From positions 1 through 52,443 of IMG/VR virus record IMGVR_UViG_3300039037_000119: DNA of 52,443 bases; one strand, 5' to 3'. This DNA comes from a virus. Its lineage: Duplodnaviria > Caudoviricetes. How positions within the stretch are numbered: position 1 is the first letter of the stretch; every line of letters begins with the position of its first letter. Below are positions 45,001 to 52,443 of this stretch, in pieces. The notes below the pieces were generated by a model, which was given only the letters and a program-made list of their open reading frames with translations, was not told where the DNA came from and did not search any database. The position numbers were made by a program, and so were the translations under genes.

Positions 45001-47060
45001 CCTAGCATAGCAGGATTCTTCAAAATACCTACATCTACAATTTTCTCTAAGTTCTGGTTAAACATCTGCACACCTAGTCTAGTGGCAAACCAATTAACCT
45101 TATCCATACCCTCTAAAGGAACACCATCATTATTTGCTACAAAAGCATCATACTGGGCGTTAACGTTACCTAGTGCTGCACTTAACTGACCAGATTGTGC
45201 TACTAGTGCTGACTTAAGTCCTTCAGCTCCTGCAAACACTTTTGCTTTCTCAGCTGCTGCTTGAACAGAGTTTAGAGTACCTTCAAGCTTAGCCTTATCA
45301 ATAGCTCGCAGTGCTTTAAACCCTTGAGCACCATAACCAAGCACCTTCAGAATCTTACCAGGGGCTAACCACGCTGCTACTGTACCTAGTGAAGTAGTCA
45401 ACAACTCAGGGGTAGTAATAGCTTCAATAACCCCATTAAACCCAGCCTTCACTCGATCTGCTATAGAAGCATTACCGTCAGTAAGGATATCAAACTGCTT
45501 ACCGACATAGTCCATAGAAGACTCTAATAATAGCGGATTATAACCCGTTACATCATATTTATGGGCAGCCTTATCTTCTTCTGCTATAAGGTCACCACCT
45601 GCTACCTGTTCTGCAAAAAAGTCAGCAGGATCTAATACACCTTCACCATAAAAAGCATCTACAAAACCTTTAAGAGCGTTACCTACCCTATCAAGCCCAT
45701 CCATACTATCTGCTTTATATTTAAGGTATTCCTCGTCTAAAGACCTATTTTGAATCTTTAACGAACTATCTGAAGTACCAGTATCATAATATGTTTCTTT
45801 ACCTAGGTTGAAGTACTCTAGTCCTGATGTGTTATTGGCATCAACATTGTCAAGACCTTCTTTAACCTTACCAGCCCCTAACAAATGAGCAGCAGCTAAA
45901 TAACCTTGTACATCTTCTGGTAGGGTATTATCATCAATAACCCCAATAGAGCGTAATACATTTTCATTGAACGCTAAATTCTCATCAAAAGCCTTATCTT
46001 GCACTTCCTTACTAGATAGAAAATCTTCTAATGATTCTACACCGGACTTACCTGTCCAATTATCAGCATTTTCTAAAGCCTTATTACCTTCTTTAGAGGA
46101 TCCTTTTTTCAGGTACCCTAAAGTTTCTAGAGCAGAGGCACCAAACTGGTAACCTCCAGAGTACCCTAGATCATTACGTACACTATAATCACCACCAGAC
46201 TCTCTATGCAACATAGTATCACGAAAGCTTTTTTTATCCCCAGCAGGTCGAACTGCTTTTTGCTTAACCTGACGTAGGCCAAAACGTTCCTCAAAGTCTT
46301 TCCACAGCTTTTCTTTATCACCAATTTCATACTGTCTAGAATCACCACCAAAAGCACCTACAGACCCATCTGAGTAAGCTTCTGTAGAACCAGTACCAAA
46401 CCTATCCTTAAAACCAGTTTCTAGATCCGCCCTATGGTTCATAGTACTACGATTACCATGCTGTAATCCTTCGGATATCTTCTCAATACCTCTAGGGTAC
46501 AACAATTCCATCCTAGACTGCTCTATATCTACACCGCCAGGACCTATAGTATTACCATAGTAATCTAGTCCATCTTTCCCTTGCTTGTTAGTGTATCTAG
46601 TGTCAGGGTTAGCGCCGCCCCAACGACCATACTTATCTACACCTTCCGTACCAGTACCGTAACCATAGTAAGACCCTAGATCCTCACTAGTACCTTGATA
46701 AGGAGCTAGTTGCCCTGAGGAATCCTTAGTAGTTAATGCTCCTGTCTCAGGGTCTTTAAAAACTCCATATTCACTATATAACCTACCTTCAAGGTACTGT
46801 AACTGTGCAGGGTTATAGTCATTAACAATCTTATTGCCGTACCACTCATCTTCCCTGCCGAAGATAGTACCTTTTTCATCCTGTAAATCATTACCTTGTA
46901 GACCAGTAAGTTTATACTCACCTACACCTAACTTCTTCCCTCTATTCCTAGATAAAGTATCAATTTTACTAGTACGGATATCTTGTTCAAAAGGTTGGTT
47001 TACATAAGCATCATACATCTCATCACTGATATAGGTTCCGAATGGGTCATTGGTAGACAT
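39081..47060 (-). CDS. Virion-encapsidated single-subunit RNA polymerase (N4 vRNAP-like) with N-terminal lysozyme-like domain
   Basis: NGRYQL..NPQTDKLHR, motif A EFDSLTSG, motif B RNMFKNPFMIFNYS, motif C IHDAI; N-terminal RESGGDY..GGYQFG..LAAAHLLGAG. Confidence 0.88.
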   Translation of the reverse strand: MSTNDPFGTYISDEMYDAYVNQPFEQDIRTSKIDTLSRNRGKKLGVGEYKLTGLQGNDLQDEKGTIFGREDEWYGNKIVNDYNPAQLQYLEGRLYSEYGVFKDPETGALTTKDSSGQLAPYQGTSEDLGSYYGYGTGTEGVDKYGRWGGANPDTRYTNKQGKDGLDYYGNTIGPGGVDIEQSRMELLYPRGIEKISEGLQHGNRSTMNHRADLETGFKDRFGTGSTEAYSDGSVGAFGGDSRQYEIGDKEKLWKDFEERFGLRQVKQKAVRPAGDKKSFRDTMLHRESGGDYSVRNDLGYSGGYQFGASALETLGYLKKGSSKEGNKALENADNWTGKSGVESLEDFLSSKEVQDKAFDENLAFNENVLRSIGVIDDNTLPEDVQGYLAAAHLLGAGKVKEGLDNVDANNTSGLEYFNLGKETYYDTGTSDSSLKIQNRSLDEEYLKYKADSMDGLDRVGNALKGFVDAFYGEGVLDPADFFAEQVAGGDLIAEEDKAAHKYDVTGYNPLLLESSMDYVGKQFDILTDGNASIADRVKAGFNGVIEAITTPELLTTSLGTVAAWLAPGKILKVLGYGAQGFKALRAIDKAKLEGTLNSVQAAAEKAKVFAGAEGLKSALVAQSGQLSAALGNVNAQYDAFVANNDGVPLEGMDKVNWFATRLGVQMFNQNLEKIVDVGILKNPAMLGAAKDTVKALSNKEFSDFALGVSKTITGGTLNMSKEAGQEYAQTMMEMFNEKFGSEKFQDLDTFVKFVSDEDNIRESGIAALAGAGGAVQFEGVGAVGQAVQKGLGKGLEIKDKYVVSKEEPPVLDEDIKASLRADYISSVKSLRAVNDEGITEDNLGSVMDFISKAQDSREGVADSPNKELLAQAEKQISTAIDTVIGMIEKNPNLNLDKKVLEKDGATVPDKAIEAERVMHTILGSDKAITDEFVGKLTTFGKANGMSEERIGKIIKSYESVDEEARDGDRGFLAAENRIMGALESGDPDTKAVEKEFDRLTSFYSATLNSQKNLEKGIKKAKEEAARLNALGKPGKRVLVLTDYLKDEKDRKGNRKRFDIAVSYVSGKWTPDLKEAEKRLSKKKERSNEILSILKDVGSKGYKYLGDKVALDTFIIPKGSSKDKARSYDENYLSKTSKVLDEVGVPSRVSRVILDEKDGGTSPKWAANSDYRKANVGIINGDEEYQASDVVLLNAMATTYKKGDKTFYITTLYDASNPARKEVLKAAKAGATIVLDREYKTNNKASVSVRRFLTGDKVGYTNVPGTDAYVPKTDARVVDFAERKKAVEKERATEKKAKAVKDKALNSIVEMAADLAVGDSTSSRTEYNKTIKEVAKEYFKGDTDKVDSYVERNLKERVDAVKKSLEGYNAGKVEEADIVYDADSITTLAERDIEKSKTVDKDVLELLAFWKDAVEEEGLKGKKLEEVLEKKAKDLGMAIDMGSVSKSLLEEKAVGKDKPDLVEYTFKKEVFVNGKWRDEGVDKTISVESYSEEEATEYLKQKPEPHTSKGRKYRKIPISVKQVTVDPSKFVTLSKKTLLGSVPVEALPGDVKEVAGRFKKALEKILQPLGKGEKAVGEEYDTLVKKGDRVAKYGLYDSPARALIFDGSGIAPEVAAAMGLAVLDTISTDKRKLMKGYKNVEQIGQMFNVQPHEVTKEMMDFVKDIGSLKKTLATSVGKNVAKLLGYSKKNAKDLGYNTYERFIAELGQTALLAAEAEGLVEFKNKPSKDLADLLKNTTSDYNVSNDKINVGFVNIVSKKDKVSKQEVPVKKVDRALATFEGIADRLPEVRTVGRGPSLKPFSEKFLNNQVNSVHNDEVGFVPPKEAQDTLRNMMDTAYTFETSKVVDFLAKVDAHKEGVFKQLGYIDPESSAFEALTFEEKDMQISKNRDIEESIQNLRDTAEKADGKDLDLYFPFYYINNGRYQLDSTTINPQTDKLHRFLIQPKANERVYEYKDGVFTSDGKKVSFLVRMALGQAFGFGIDKEVTPAIIEFGNKLLGLTEKDLDKLETKLLDKGEASIKTSNGVVKVEAEHLTHALDGIDFLRQVKTGKVTSRLTAEFDSLTSGFANKVQQMPIFDDATMHEHLARVGVLTEEYLAKLESQGFEVKIGTNGAVNDVLGGAEGFLDSYKNLAKKTLLGLPNRVEALGKGNTKEAKKNAYKKTMFNKLASLDVLPGSDMLHTLVDESSIEISSSLRNMFKNPFMIFNYSAAISTIIKNLGIDISKDLISTMAKADLKDPEDKGTLMLEYLANSRKFGIRTEGAAGAPVMKKISPKELQQAIRNRPANAIKMQLVGNSTDTMLNGLAGVMKDTYGEEVKTVFEKEFAEYLDIQEVTNDAFKAMFRIFDSKRINMLKEAYKDKGYFNQEDMGKIQDKLWADFPYIMGPLSKRKDFKDIIPVVSKGLGTPNQIEQAALSGRTKLKKEGTKGGTGIVINPLVYSMEEARSAGSVLPYHFIDGAEMALMFQEFYKEVDSDKAGILGIHDAIMTALDESNTALFGYNKGMFNVNSGYSIVEEIQNMMNRIDLDGVNLDQISSKSLKTTISMTKKGKEAPGFGEVLGKVQERVKTKADLVKAKREEWADRLKTAWYGNMVGTPGGMYKEGVEVNSDYETEFETRGLYKVMADTRSKKKSKKPPSPGKEILELVSALGDVTDKYKECK

Positions 47061-47091
47061 TAATATATTCTCAAGTTAGTTATTTACACTT

Positions 47092-47100
47092 ATTTTAACA
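47092..47100 (-). promoter_or_regulatory. Extended -10 promoter upstream of the vRNAP gene
   Basis: TGTTAAAAT on the - strand, just downstream of a terminator. Confidence 0.55.
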
Positions 47101-47101
47101 C

Positions 47102-47137
47102 AAAAAAACACCGAATACCAAGAAGGTAGACGGTGTC
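47102..47137 (-). terminator. Intrinsic terminator
   Basis: - strand GACACCGTCTACC-TTCTT-GGTATTCGGTGTT followed by a T run. Confidence 0.75.
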
Positions 47138-47158
47138 CTATCTAGAAATGGTTGATTA

Positions 47159-49213
47159 CTATGGGTAACTTTTACGAAGATTTTCCATAACCATTAAGTA
47201 CGCTTCTCCTTTAGGGATGCCTAACCTTTCTGCAATAGCTATAGCTTGGTCCTCTAGACTGGCCCCTACCTCACTAACACTAGTGTTATAGAAGTTTTTA
47301 AAATACTCCTTAACTAGATCAGGATGGTTAGGAGCCAAAGCTTGCATAACTTTATCCTGGAATTCTCTATTCCCACTGTTTAACGCTCTTGCAGCAAGCT
47401 CTCTTCCTAAACCTACATTACGACCTACATACTCTTGTAGTCCTTGTACCGTAGGATCATAAGAAGGTGCTTTAGGTGCCTCCGCTACAGGTCTTTTAGG
47501 TACTTCAGGTACCGCAGGAGCCTTCTCTGTAAGAGCGTAACGGCTTTCCTTAGGCTCAAAAAACCCGCCTTCTTTACGGCTTAACCCCATATCATCCAAA
47601 GTATCTGATATCCATTGCCCTGCTTGACTAAACGCAGCACCTACCTTCTCTCTTGCAGCCACCTCTTTAGGGTCATTCCATCTAGACGCTACTAAGCCCT
47701 TCAAGTAACTTCTGTTATCTGCCCCTTGTTCCAGGCCGTAATCCACAAGTCTACCAAAAGCAGCCCTGTTATCTGCCCCTTGTTTTATACCTTTTTCCAC
47801 AAGTAGATTAGGAGTAGGGTTTGTATTCCTTAAAGCCCTATTTCGACTATACCTACTACTAGATGTTTTAGGATCTACCTCTTGTACAGCAGGTTTTTCA
47901 GTCAATCCTCTGTTCTGTAACTTCAAACGCTCCTTATTAAGGGCAGCATCTAATCTAGTGGGTTCAGCTTCGCTTAACCCGTCAGTTATCGTCTCTTCTT
48001 TTCTAGTACGTTTAGGTGCTTCTTTCTTTCCATTTTCTTTGGTCTCCGAAGCAGTACTAACCTCACCTTCAGGCGCTTTTGCGATACGGTTAAGCCGTTC
48101 TAGCGCCCTTTCTAATCTATTTGCCTTGGGGTTTATATTAGGATTAAGCATCTTAGGAGTATTAGTTGAGACATAGTTAGCAATATTATTAGTACCTCCA
48201 GCTTCTAAATCCTTAGCTAGTGCCAATATTTGAGCTTTCTTATCCTCAACAGGTACTTTCTTGTTACCAAAGACAGCATCTGTCTCCATATACCTAGCCA
48301 TAGCTTCTGCCATAGCTTTAGGGCTTATACCCTTTTCAGTAACACCAAATTTTAAAAAGTCCATAGCACTACGAGTATCAAACCAACCGGTATCTAGTCC
48401 TTTTACAGTCTCCATAGCATCGGTTATAGAACCGCCAGTAAAAGAGTTCTTACTCCCAGACCTAGCTTTATTCGCAGCTGCTGTAAGCTTATCTCTAGCT
48501 ATCCTATCCTTCTGCTCAAAGGTTGCTCTCCATTGACGATCTTTATTCGCATCTTTCACAGAGTCGGCATATGCCTTCTTAACATCCGCTTCACTCTGAA
48601 ATCTACCCGAAATCTTAGGCTCTAATTCCAATAACGTAGCAGGATCTAGTCCCATCTCTACTCCTTGCTTCAATGTAGATGCTTGTACCTCACCCCTAAG
48701 AGGCGTGTACCCAGTGTAAGTCTCAATTACCTCACTACCTAGATCTCCTGTAGCCCATACATCCTGCCTAAGCTGCTCACGTCTAGCATCTAGATTCGCA
48801 TCTTCCGCACTCAAAAGCCCATGACGCACGTTCAGCTCATCTTCCTGTATAGCCTGTTCCCTAGCTTGTAGCTCAGGACTTTGAGCCAACGTACGGTTAA
48901 ACGCGTCCACAGCACCCGCATTAATCTTATTTCTATCCGATACGTTAGCTGCCAATGCATGTGCAGGAAGGTTACGACTCGTATTAAGGATCAAATCCCT
49001 ACTTAACGCATCCTGCTCCTCTGCTTTAGCCCTATCCTCACGCTTCCACTGAAGCTGTTCTTCCGCTCGCTTATTCTCTAGCTCAAGCTGCTTTCTCTGC
49101 AAAGCAAGCTGCTCTCTCTTGTCTTTCCTATCTAGGTAGTTTGCATACGTAGCACCCAACTCACTCATTGGATTTCCAATACTGCCTACACTTACTTGAG
49201 TCGGTCTACTCAT
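47159..49213 (-). CDS. Putative internal virion/ejection protein (N4 gp51 position)
   Basis: 684 aa, helical, Cys-free, adjacent to the vRNAP gene; assignment by synteny and size. Confidence 0.6.
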   Translation of the reverse strand: MSRPTQVSVGSIGNPMSELGATYANYLDRKDKREQLALQRKQLELENKRAEEQLQWKREDRAKAEEQDALSRDLILNTSRNLPAHALAANVSDRNKINAGAVDAFNRTLAQSPELQAREQAIQEDELNVRHGLLSAEDANLDARREQLRQDVWATGDLGSEVIETYTGYTPLRGEVQASTLKQGVEMGLDPATLLELEPKISGRFQSEADVKKAYADSVKDANKDRQWRATFEQKDRIARDKLTAAANKARSGSKNSFTGGSITDAMETVKGLDTGWFDTRSAMDFLKFGVTEKGISPKAMAEAMARYMETDAVFGNKKVPVEDKKAQILALAKDLEAGGTNNIANYVSTNTPKMLNPNINPKANRLERALERLNRIAKAPEGEVSTASETKENGKKEAPKRTRKEETITDGLSEAEPTRLDAALNKERLKLQNRGLTEKPAVQEVDPKTSSSRYSRNRALRNTNPTPNLLVEKGIKQGADNRAAFGRLVDYGLEQGADNRSYLKGLVASRWNDPKEVAAREKVGAAFSQAGQWISDTLDDMGLSRKEGGFFEPKESRYALTEKAPAVPEVPKRPVAEAPKAPSYDPTVQGLQEYVGRNVGLGRELAARALNSGNREFQDKVMQALAPNHPDLVKEYFKNFYNTSVSEVGASLEDQAIAIAERLGIPKGEAYLMVMENLRKSYP

Positions 49214-49222
49214 ACTTATCCC

Positions 49223-49624
49223 CTACCTTAGAGCCGATGCAATGTTTCTACGGTTTTGTTGATTCTCAGCAGCAAACTGCCTATTCTGTCTCAAACCTTT
49301 AAGCTGTTCTTCATACAAAGGAGCTAGTTGTAGATAGCTAGCAAGACCTAACGCCCCTGTCATCAACCCTTCGTTACCCAGCACACTAGATACGCCATCC
49401 CAAGCACTGTCTGCAAAGTCTCCAATACTGCTTAGACTTAATCCATCTAAACCTCCAGACGTACCCTGATCCAAGGCAGATCCTTTCAACATATCCGTAA
49501 TCTGAGTACCTGTATACCCATCCCGAGCCAATTTATCTATCAACCCTGGCTGGTACGCCCCCTTACTGAACGATCCACCTGCAGTACCTACACTACCAGC
49601 CAATCCTGTATTTTCAATAGTCAT
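49223..49624 (-). CDS. Putative small ejection protein (N4 gp52 position)
   Basis: Gly-rich, hydrophobic GLMTGALGLASY segment, then a Q/N-rich helix; synteny. Confidence 0.6.
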   Translation of the reverse strand: MTIENTGLAGSVGTAGGSFSKGAYQPGLIDKLARDGYTGTQITDMLKGSALDQGTSGGLDGLSLSSIGDFADSAWDGVSSVLGNEGLMTGALGLASYLQLAPLYEEQLKGLRQNRQFAAENQQNRRNIASALR

Positions 49625-49648
49625 TTCTTATCCTCTTTATTTTCTACC

Positions 49649-49657
49649 ATTATACCA
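49649..49657 (-). promoter_or_regulatory. Extended -10 promoter
   Basis: TGGTATAAT on the - strand in a short intergenic gap. Confidence 0.65.
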
Positions 49658-49660
49658 CAG

Positions 49661-51565
49661 CTACTTAGCCTTGTCAGCCAGCCACATAGCACTTACACCG
49701 TTATATTGACAACACCCTGTATGGTATCTAGTACTCCACCATTCATAAGGCTTAGCATAAGTAGCAGCATACATACTTTGGTCTTTAGCTAAGGGGGCAT
49801 AAAGACCTCTGTTAATATCTACAAGCAAGTCATTAACTTGTACTTCTTCTTTTTGTAAAGCCTCTAACTTACTTCTTTCGTCAGCAATTTGATCTTTAAT
49901 CTGAGCAGTCTCGTTCTTTTGTACTTGCTCAAATACATAGTTAGCTACTTTTATCCCTTGCTCAAAGGTAATATCTGTAATCTTACTACTCAATAAGTTT
50001 GCAAATCTATCTTTAACACCTACCCATACCATAGAATTAAACTGGTCTGTAACTAGTTCTAAGGCTACCTCATCTACCATGCCGTCAAACAAAGCTTTAC
50101 CCATCTCATCTGCCAGCTCCTTAGCTATATCTACCCCAGCATCTTTTAGCTGCTCCGTAACTAACGCAGATGCGGTAGCCTTACTTCCTTCCTCTGCCAG
50201 CTTTTTAACAGTATTTACTATATTGACTAAGGTAACTATAGTAGCTATCATAACCAAAGGTTCAATCGCTTTAGAAAACTTCGCAAAGGAGTTAGCCAAC
50301 TCTACCGCACCTGCTGCGTAAAGGGCTACAGTAGTAACAGCCAACACTAACGCTCCAAAAGTTATAGCCGAAGCTACCATTAAAGTAGTAGCAGTACCTG
50401 CAGATAAGGCTACATATAAGCTAGCTCCACCTGTCACGGGAGTCAACAGTACCGCTACTGCAAACACCGCTATAGTTAACAGAAATCCGAAAAGACCTCC
50501 ATCGTTACTCTCTTCCCTATAGTCAGAATCGATAAGACTGTTAAGAAATTCTATACGTTCTTGTAGAGGTATCTCTTTATTTAGTAGAAAGTCAACCCTC
50601 AAGTATCTAGAGCCATCTACAGAGGTCTCCCATACCAAAGGGTCAACCGGTACAGAAGATGTCGTATACAACGAATTAGCCAAACCCACCGTACTATCTT
50701 GTGCCCTAGACTGTAGTAGGTTTACTGCTTGTTGTGTTACAATACGGTTTAAAGGACTACCGGAACCAAAAATACTATTCGTGTTTTGAACATCTGCGTT
50801 AATAGCTAAGACCATATCCGTAGTTTCACTAAAGTTAAACTGAGGCACTTTTAACCGCACTTTATACCCCTGGTAGTACCTAGGTACATACGTAGTGGTG
50901 CGTGAAAACCCTTCTCCATCTTCGTAAGTAACCTCTGTCACAGGTACCTTAGCTTCTACCATAGCAGAAGTCACTTCTATCATCTCATAAGGGACATCGC
51001 TAGACTTCAATAAATACCTAGCAAGTATATCCTTGTACACATCACTAGGAGTCCCACTAGATATTACACAGTTATCCCACAGATAGTCAATCTCCTGTAA
51101 AAGCTCTGCCATAATACCTTCTTGGTCTGTTAATGGGGTACTAATGTTTAGCTTACTTAAGGTCAACTTCTTGCCTAAGGTCCCTCCTACGACTTTAGGT
51201 CCTATCATTACACTAACCTCTAGATCTCCCTCTACAGCACCCATTACTGCATCCAAATTAGAGGCTATCAAACTATCTGTAAAAGCTGCTGTATCTGCTT
51301 TTTCTTCGTTTAAAAATACCCAAGCATTTTCAACACCTTCCATCTTGGGGTCTTTAAAACTTCCCCATATACCTAGCAGTTTAGCCCACCGCTCGAATGT
51401 GTCTCTACGTGTCCAGGTAGGGTAATGGTAGTTAGTATTAACTAATACCTCCCTTCCGTTAACAGTAGTAGTACCCCAATACTTGATAAACTTCCGTAAA
51501 TACGAAAGCTTCTGCAAGTATTGAGTAGTAGCTACTTGATAAAGGTCAGGGTTAGCTTTTTTCAT
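49661..51565 (-). CDS. Putative virion protein with multiple hydrophobic segments (N4 gp53 position)
   Basis: Hydrophobic block at ~aa 360-450, then coiled coil; synteny. Confidence 0.55.
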   Translation of the reverse strand: MKKANPDLYQVATTQYLQKLSYLRKFIKYWGTTTVNGREVLVNTNYHYPTWTRRDTFERWAKLLGIWGSFKDPKMEGVENAWVFLNEEKADTAAFTDSLIASNLDAVMGAVEGDLEVSVMIGPKVVGGTLGKKLTLSKLNISTPLTDQEGIMAELLQEIDYLWDNCVISSGTPSDVYKDILARYLLKSSDVPYEMIEVTSAMVEAKVPVTEVTYEDGEGFSRTTTYVPRYYQGYKVRLKVPQFNFSETTDMVLAINADVQNTNSIFGSGSPLNRIVTQQAVNLLQSRAQDSTVGLANSLYTTSSVPVDPLVWETSVDGSRYLRVDFLLNKEIPLQERIEFLNSLIDSDYREESNDGGLFGFLLTIAVFAVAVLLTPVTGGASLYVALSAGTATTLMVASAITFGALVLAVTTVALYAAGAVELANSFAKFSKAIEPLVMIATIVTLVNIVNTVKKLAEEGSKATASALVTEQLKDAGVDIAKELADEMGKALFDGMVDEVALELVTDQFNSMVWVGVKDRFANLLSSKITDITFEQGIKVANYVFEQVQKNETAQIKDQIADERSKLEALQKEEVQVNDLLVDINRGLYAPLAKDQSMYAATYAKPYEWWSTRYHTGCCQYNGVSAMWLADKAK

Positions 51566-52443
51566 GGAGTATCACAGGCAGCATCACCGTAAGGGGAAAC
51601 AGCAGAGTTCAACTTACAAGCAGTATTTCGAATAGTAGAGATAAGCGCATCACCAGTACCATTACTAAGTTCAGTAAAAATATCCGCTTCACCAGCAAGT
51701 GCAGTACCAATCAAACTAGCTGATCCGTTCATAGCATTAGCCCAAGCATTGTAAGAATACCCATTAGCCTGCTCTTTAGCAATCACTGCCTGTATATCAC
51801 TCAAAGTCTCATACGTACCTGAGGTTTTAGACACACCTGTAAGTCCACCATCTGCTAATGCAAAAGTGTAACTACCGTAGTTTCTATAAGTATCAGCTAC
51901 CACTTTATGCACAGCTGCCTGAGACTCAGTTTTCTTAGCGTCTAATAACACACCTTCTTTACCTGCATTCAACGTCTGCTGTTGTATTAGTTGAATCTCT
52001 TTGTATAACTTACCTGTATCAGTTAACGAAGCTACATTACCATCAATAATAGTTGGAGTACCAAACATTCTAATAGTCTGTGCCTGTGTAGCAATACTAT
52101 CGTCTTTCATCTTCTCAATCTGGGCATCCTTAAGTTTAACCTCATTAGCTAAAATATCTAGCTGTTGTTCTAACTCAAGCTTCTTAAGTGCTACATCCTT
52201 CTCATTAGCTGCCCACTGCATAGCAGTACTCATACTAGAATTAACCAACGAAGTATTCAGCGAACTAAGTACTTGTGAGATAATCGCAGCTTTGTCTGAA
52301 TCTTTCAAATTGTTGTTCTTAAAAAAGTCTTCTAGTGTCTCCTTCGTACGTATATATACGGAGTCGGAACCCATAGACTCGCTAACCAAACCTTTGTATT
52401 TATTAATTACATCTAGTTCTGATGTAATACTGATAGTAGCCAT
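51562..52443 (-). CDS. Putative structural protein (N4 gp54 position)
   Basis: 293 aa coiled-coil-rich protein; ATG at the window edge; synteny. Confidence 0.55.
   Translation of the reverse strand: MATISITSELDVINKYKGLVSESMGSDSVYIRTKETLEDFFKNNNLKDSDKAAIISQVLSSLNTSLVNSSMSTAMQWAANEKDVALKKLELEQQLDILANEVKLKDAQIEKMKDDSIATQAQTIRMFGTPTIIDGNVASLTDTGKLYKEIQLIQQQTLNAGKEGVLLDAKKTESQAAVHKVVADTYRNYGSYTFALADGGLTGVSKTSGTYETLSDIQAVIAKEQANGYSYNAWANAMNGSASLIGTALAGEADIFTELSNGTGDALISTIRNTACKLNSAVSPYGDAACDTP

Larger units (their letters stand above)
1..52443. mobile_element. Segment of a lytic N4-like (Schitoviridae-related) phage genome
   Basis: Giant virion RNA polymerase with N4-type motifs followed by genes sized like N4 gp51-gp54; vWA+AAA pair, PolA, RNR, ThyX and PhoH; convergent early/middle (+) and late (-) blocks; no integrase or host housekeeping genes seen. 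Confidence 0.9.

Noticed and set aside
36103-51425. Many + strand ORFs inside the late genes, and short - strand ORFs inside early genes
   Set aside because: They are fully nested antisense to long genes, have S/L/F-rich shadow composition and no convincing RBS.
1-52443. Stop-codon reassignment
   Set aside because: All long genes are intact under the standard code, and TAA, TAG and TGA all terminate genes at motif-defined ends.

Overview
This window is about 52 kb of a lytic, N4-like (Schitoviridae-related) bacteriophage genome. The + strand (1-34.9 kb) carries small early genes, a vWA/MoxR pair, phoH, thyX, a helicase-primase, a PD-(D/E)XK nuclease, a Sak4-like ATPase, a putative SSB, a metallophosphoesterase, an SF1 helicase, a family A DNA polymerase split into two genes, a RusA-like resolvase, nrdB/nrdA, clpP and a MazG-like enzyme. 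It also carries one canonical tRNA(CAU), one D-armless tRNA-Arg(CCU)-like gene and two candidate structured RNAs. The - strand (34.9-52.4 kb) carries virion/ejection genes in N4 gp50-gp54 order, including a virion RNA polymerase apparently split into 2659-aa and 1394-aa proteins. The main unexplained signal is that 28 reading frames between 515 and 28525 end in the same C-terminal peptide, [Y/H/N]-P-E-x-[F/L/Y]-[I/L/V]-stop. These are 25 small and mostly unrelated ORFs, the SF1 helicase, one frameshifted gene and one deletion scar. Synonymous codons vary freely, which points to a protein-level tag, and codon choice shifts to GAG/CCG where the tag also overlaps the ribosome-binding site of the next gene. 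A second signal is that the only two cysteines in the 4053 aa of the split vRNAP sit at the junction (penultimate residue of part 1, residue 3 of part 2), suggesting a head-to-tail disulfide link. All family assignments come from motif recognition by eye; no database searches were run.
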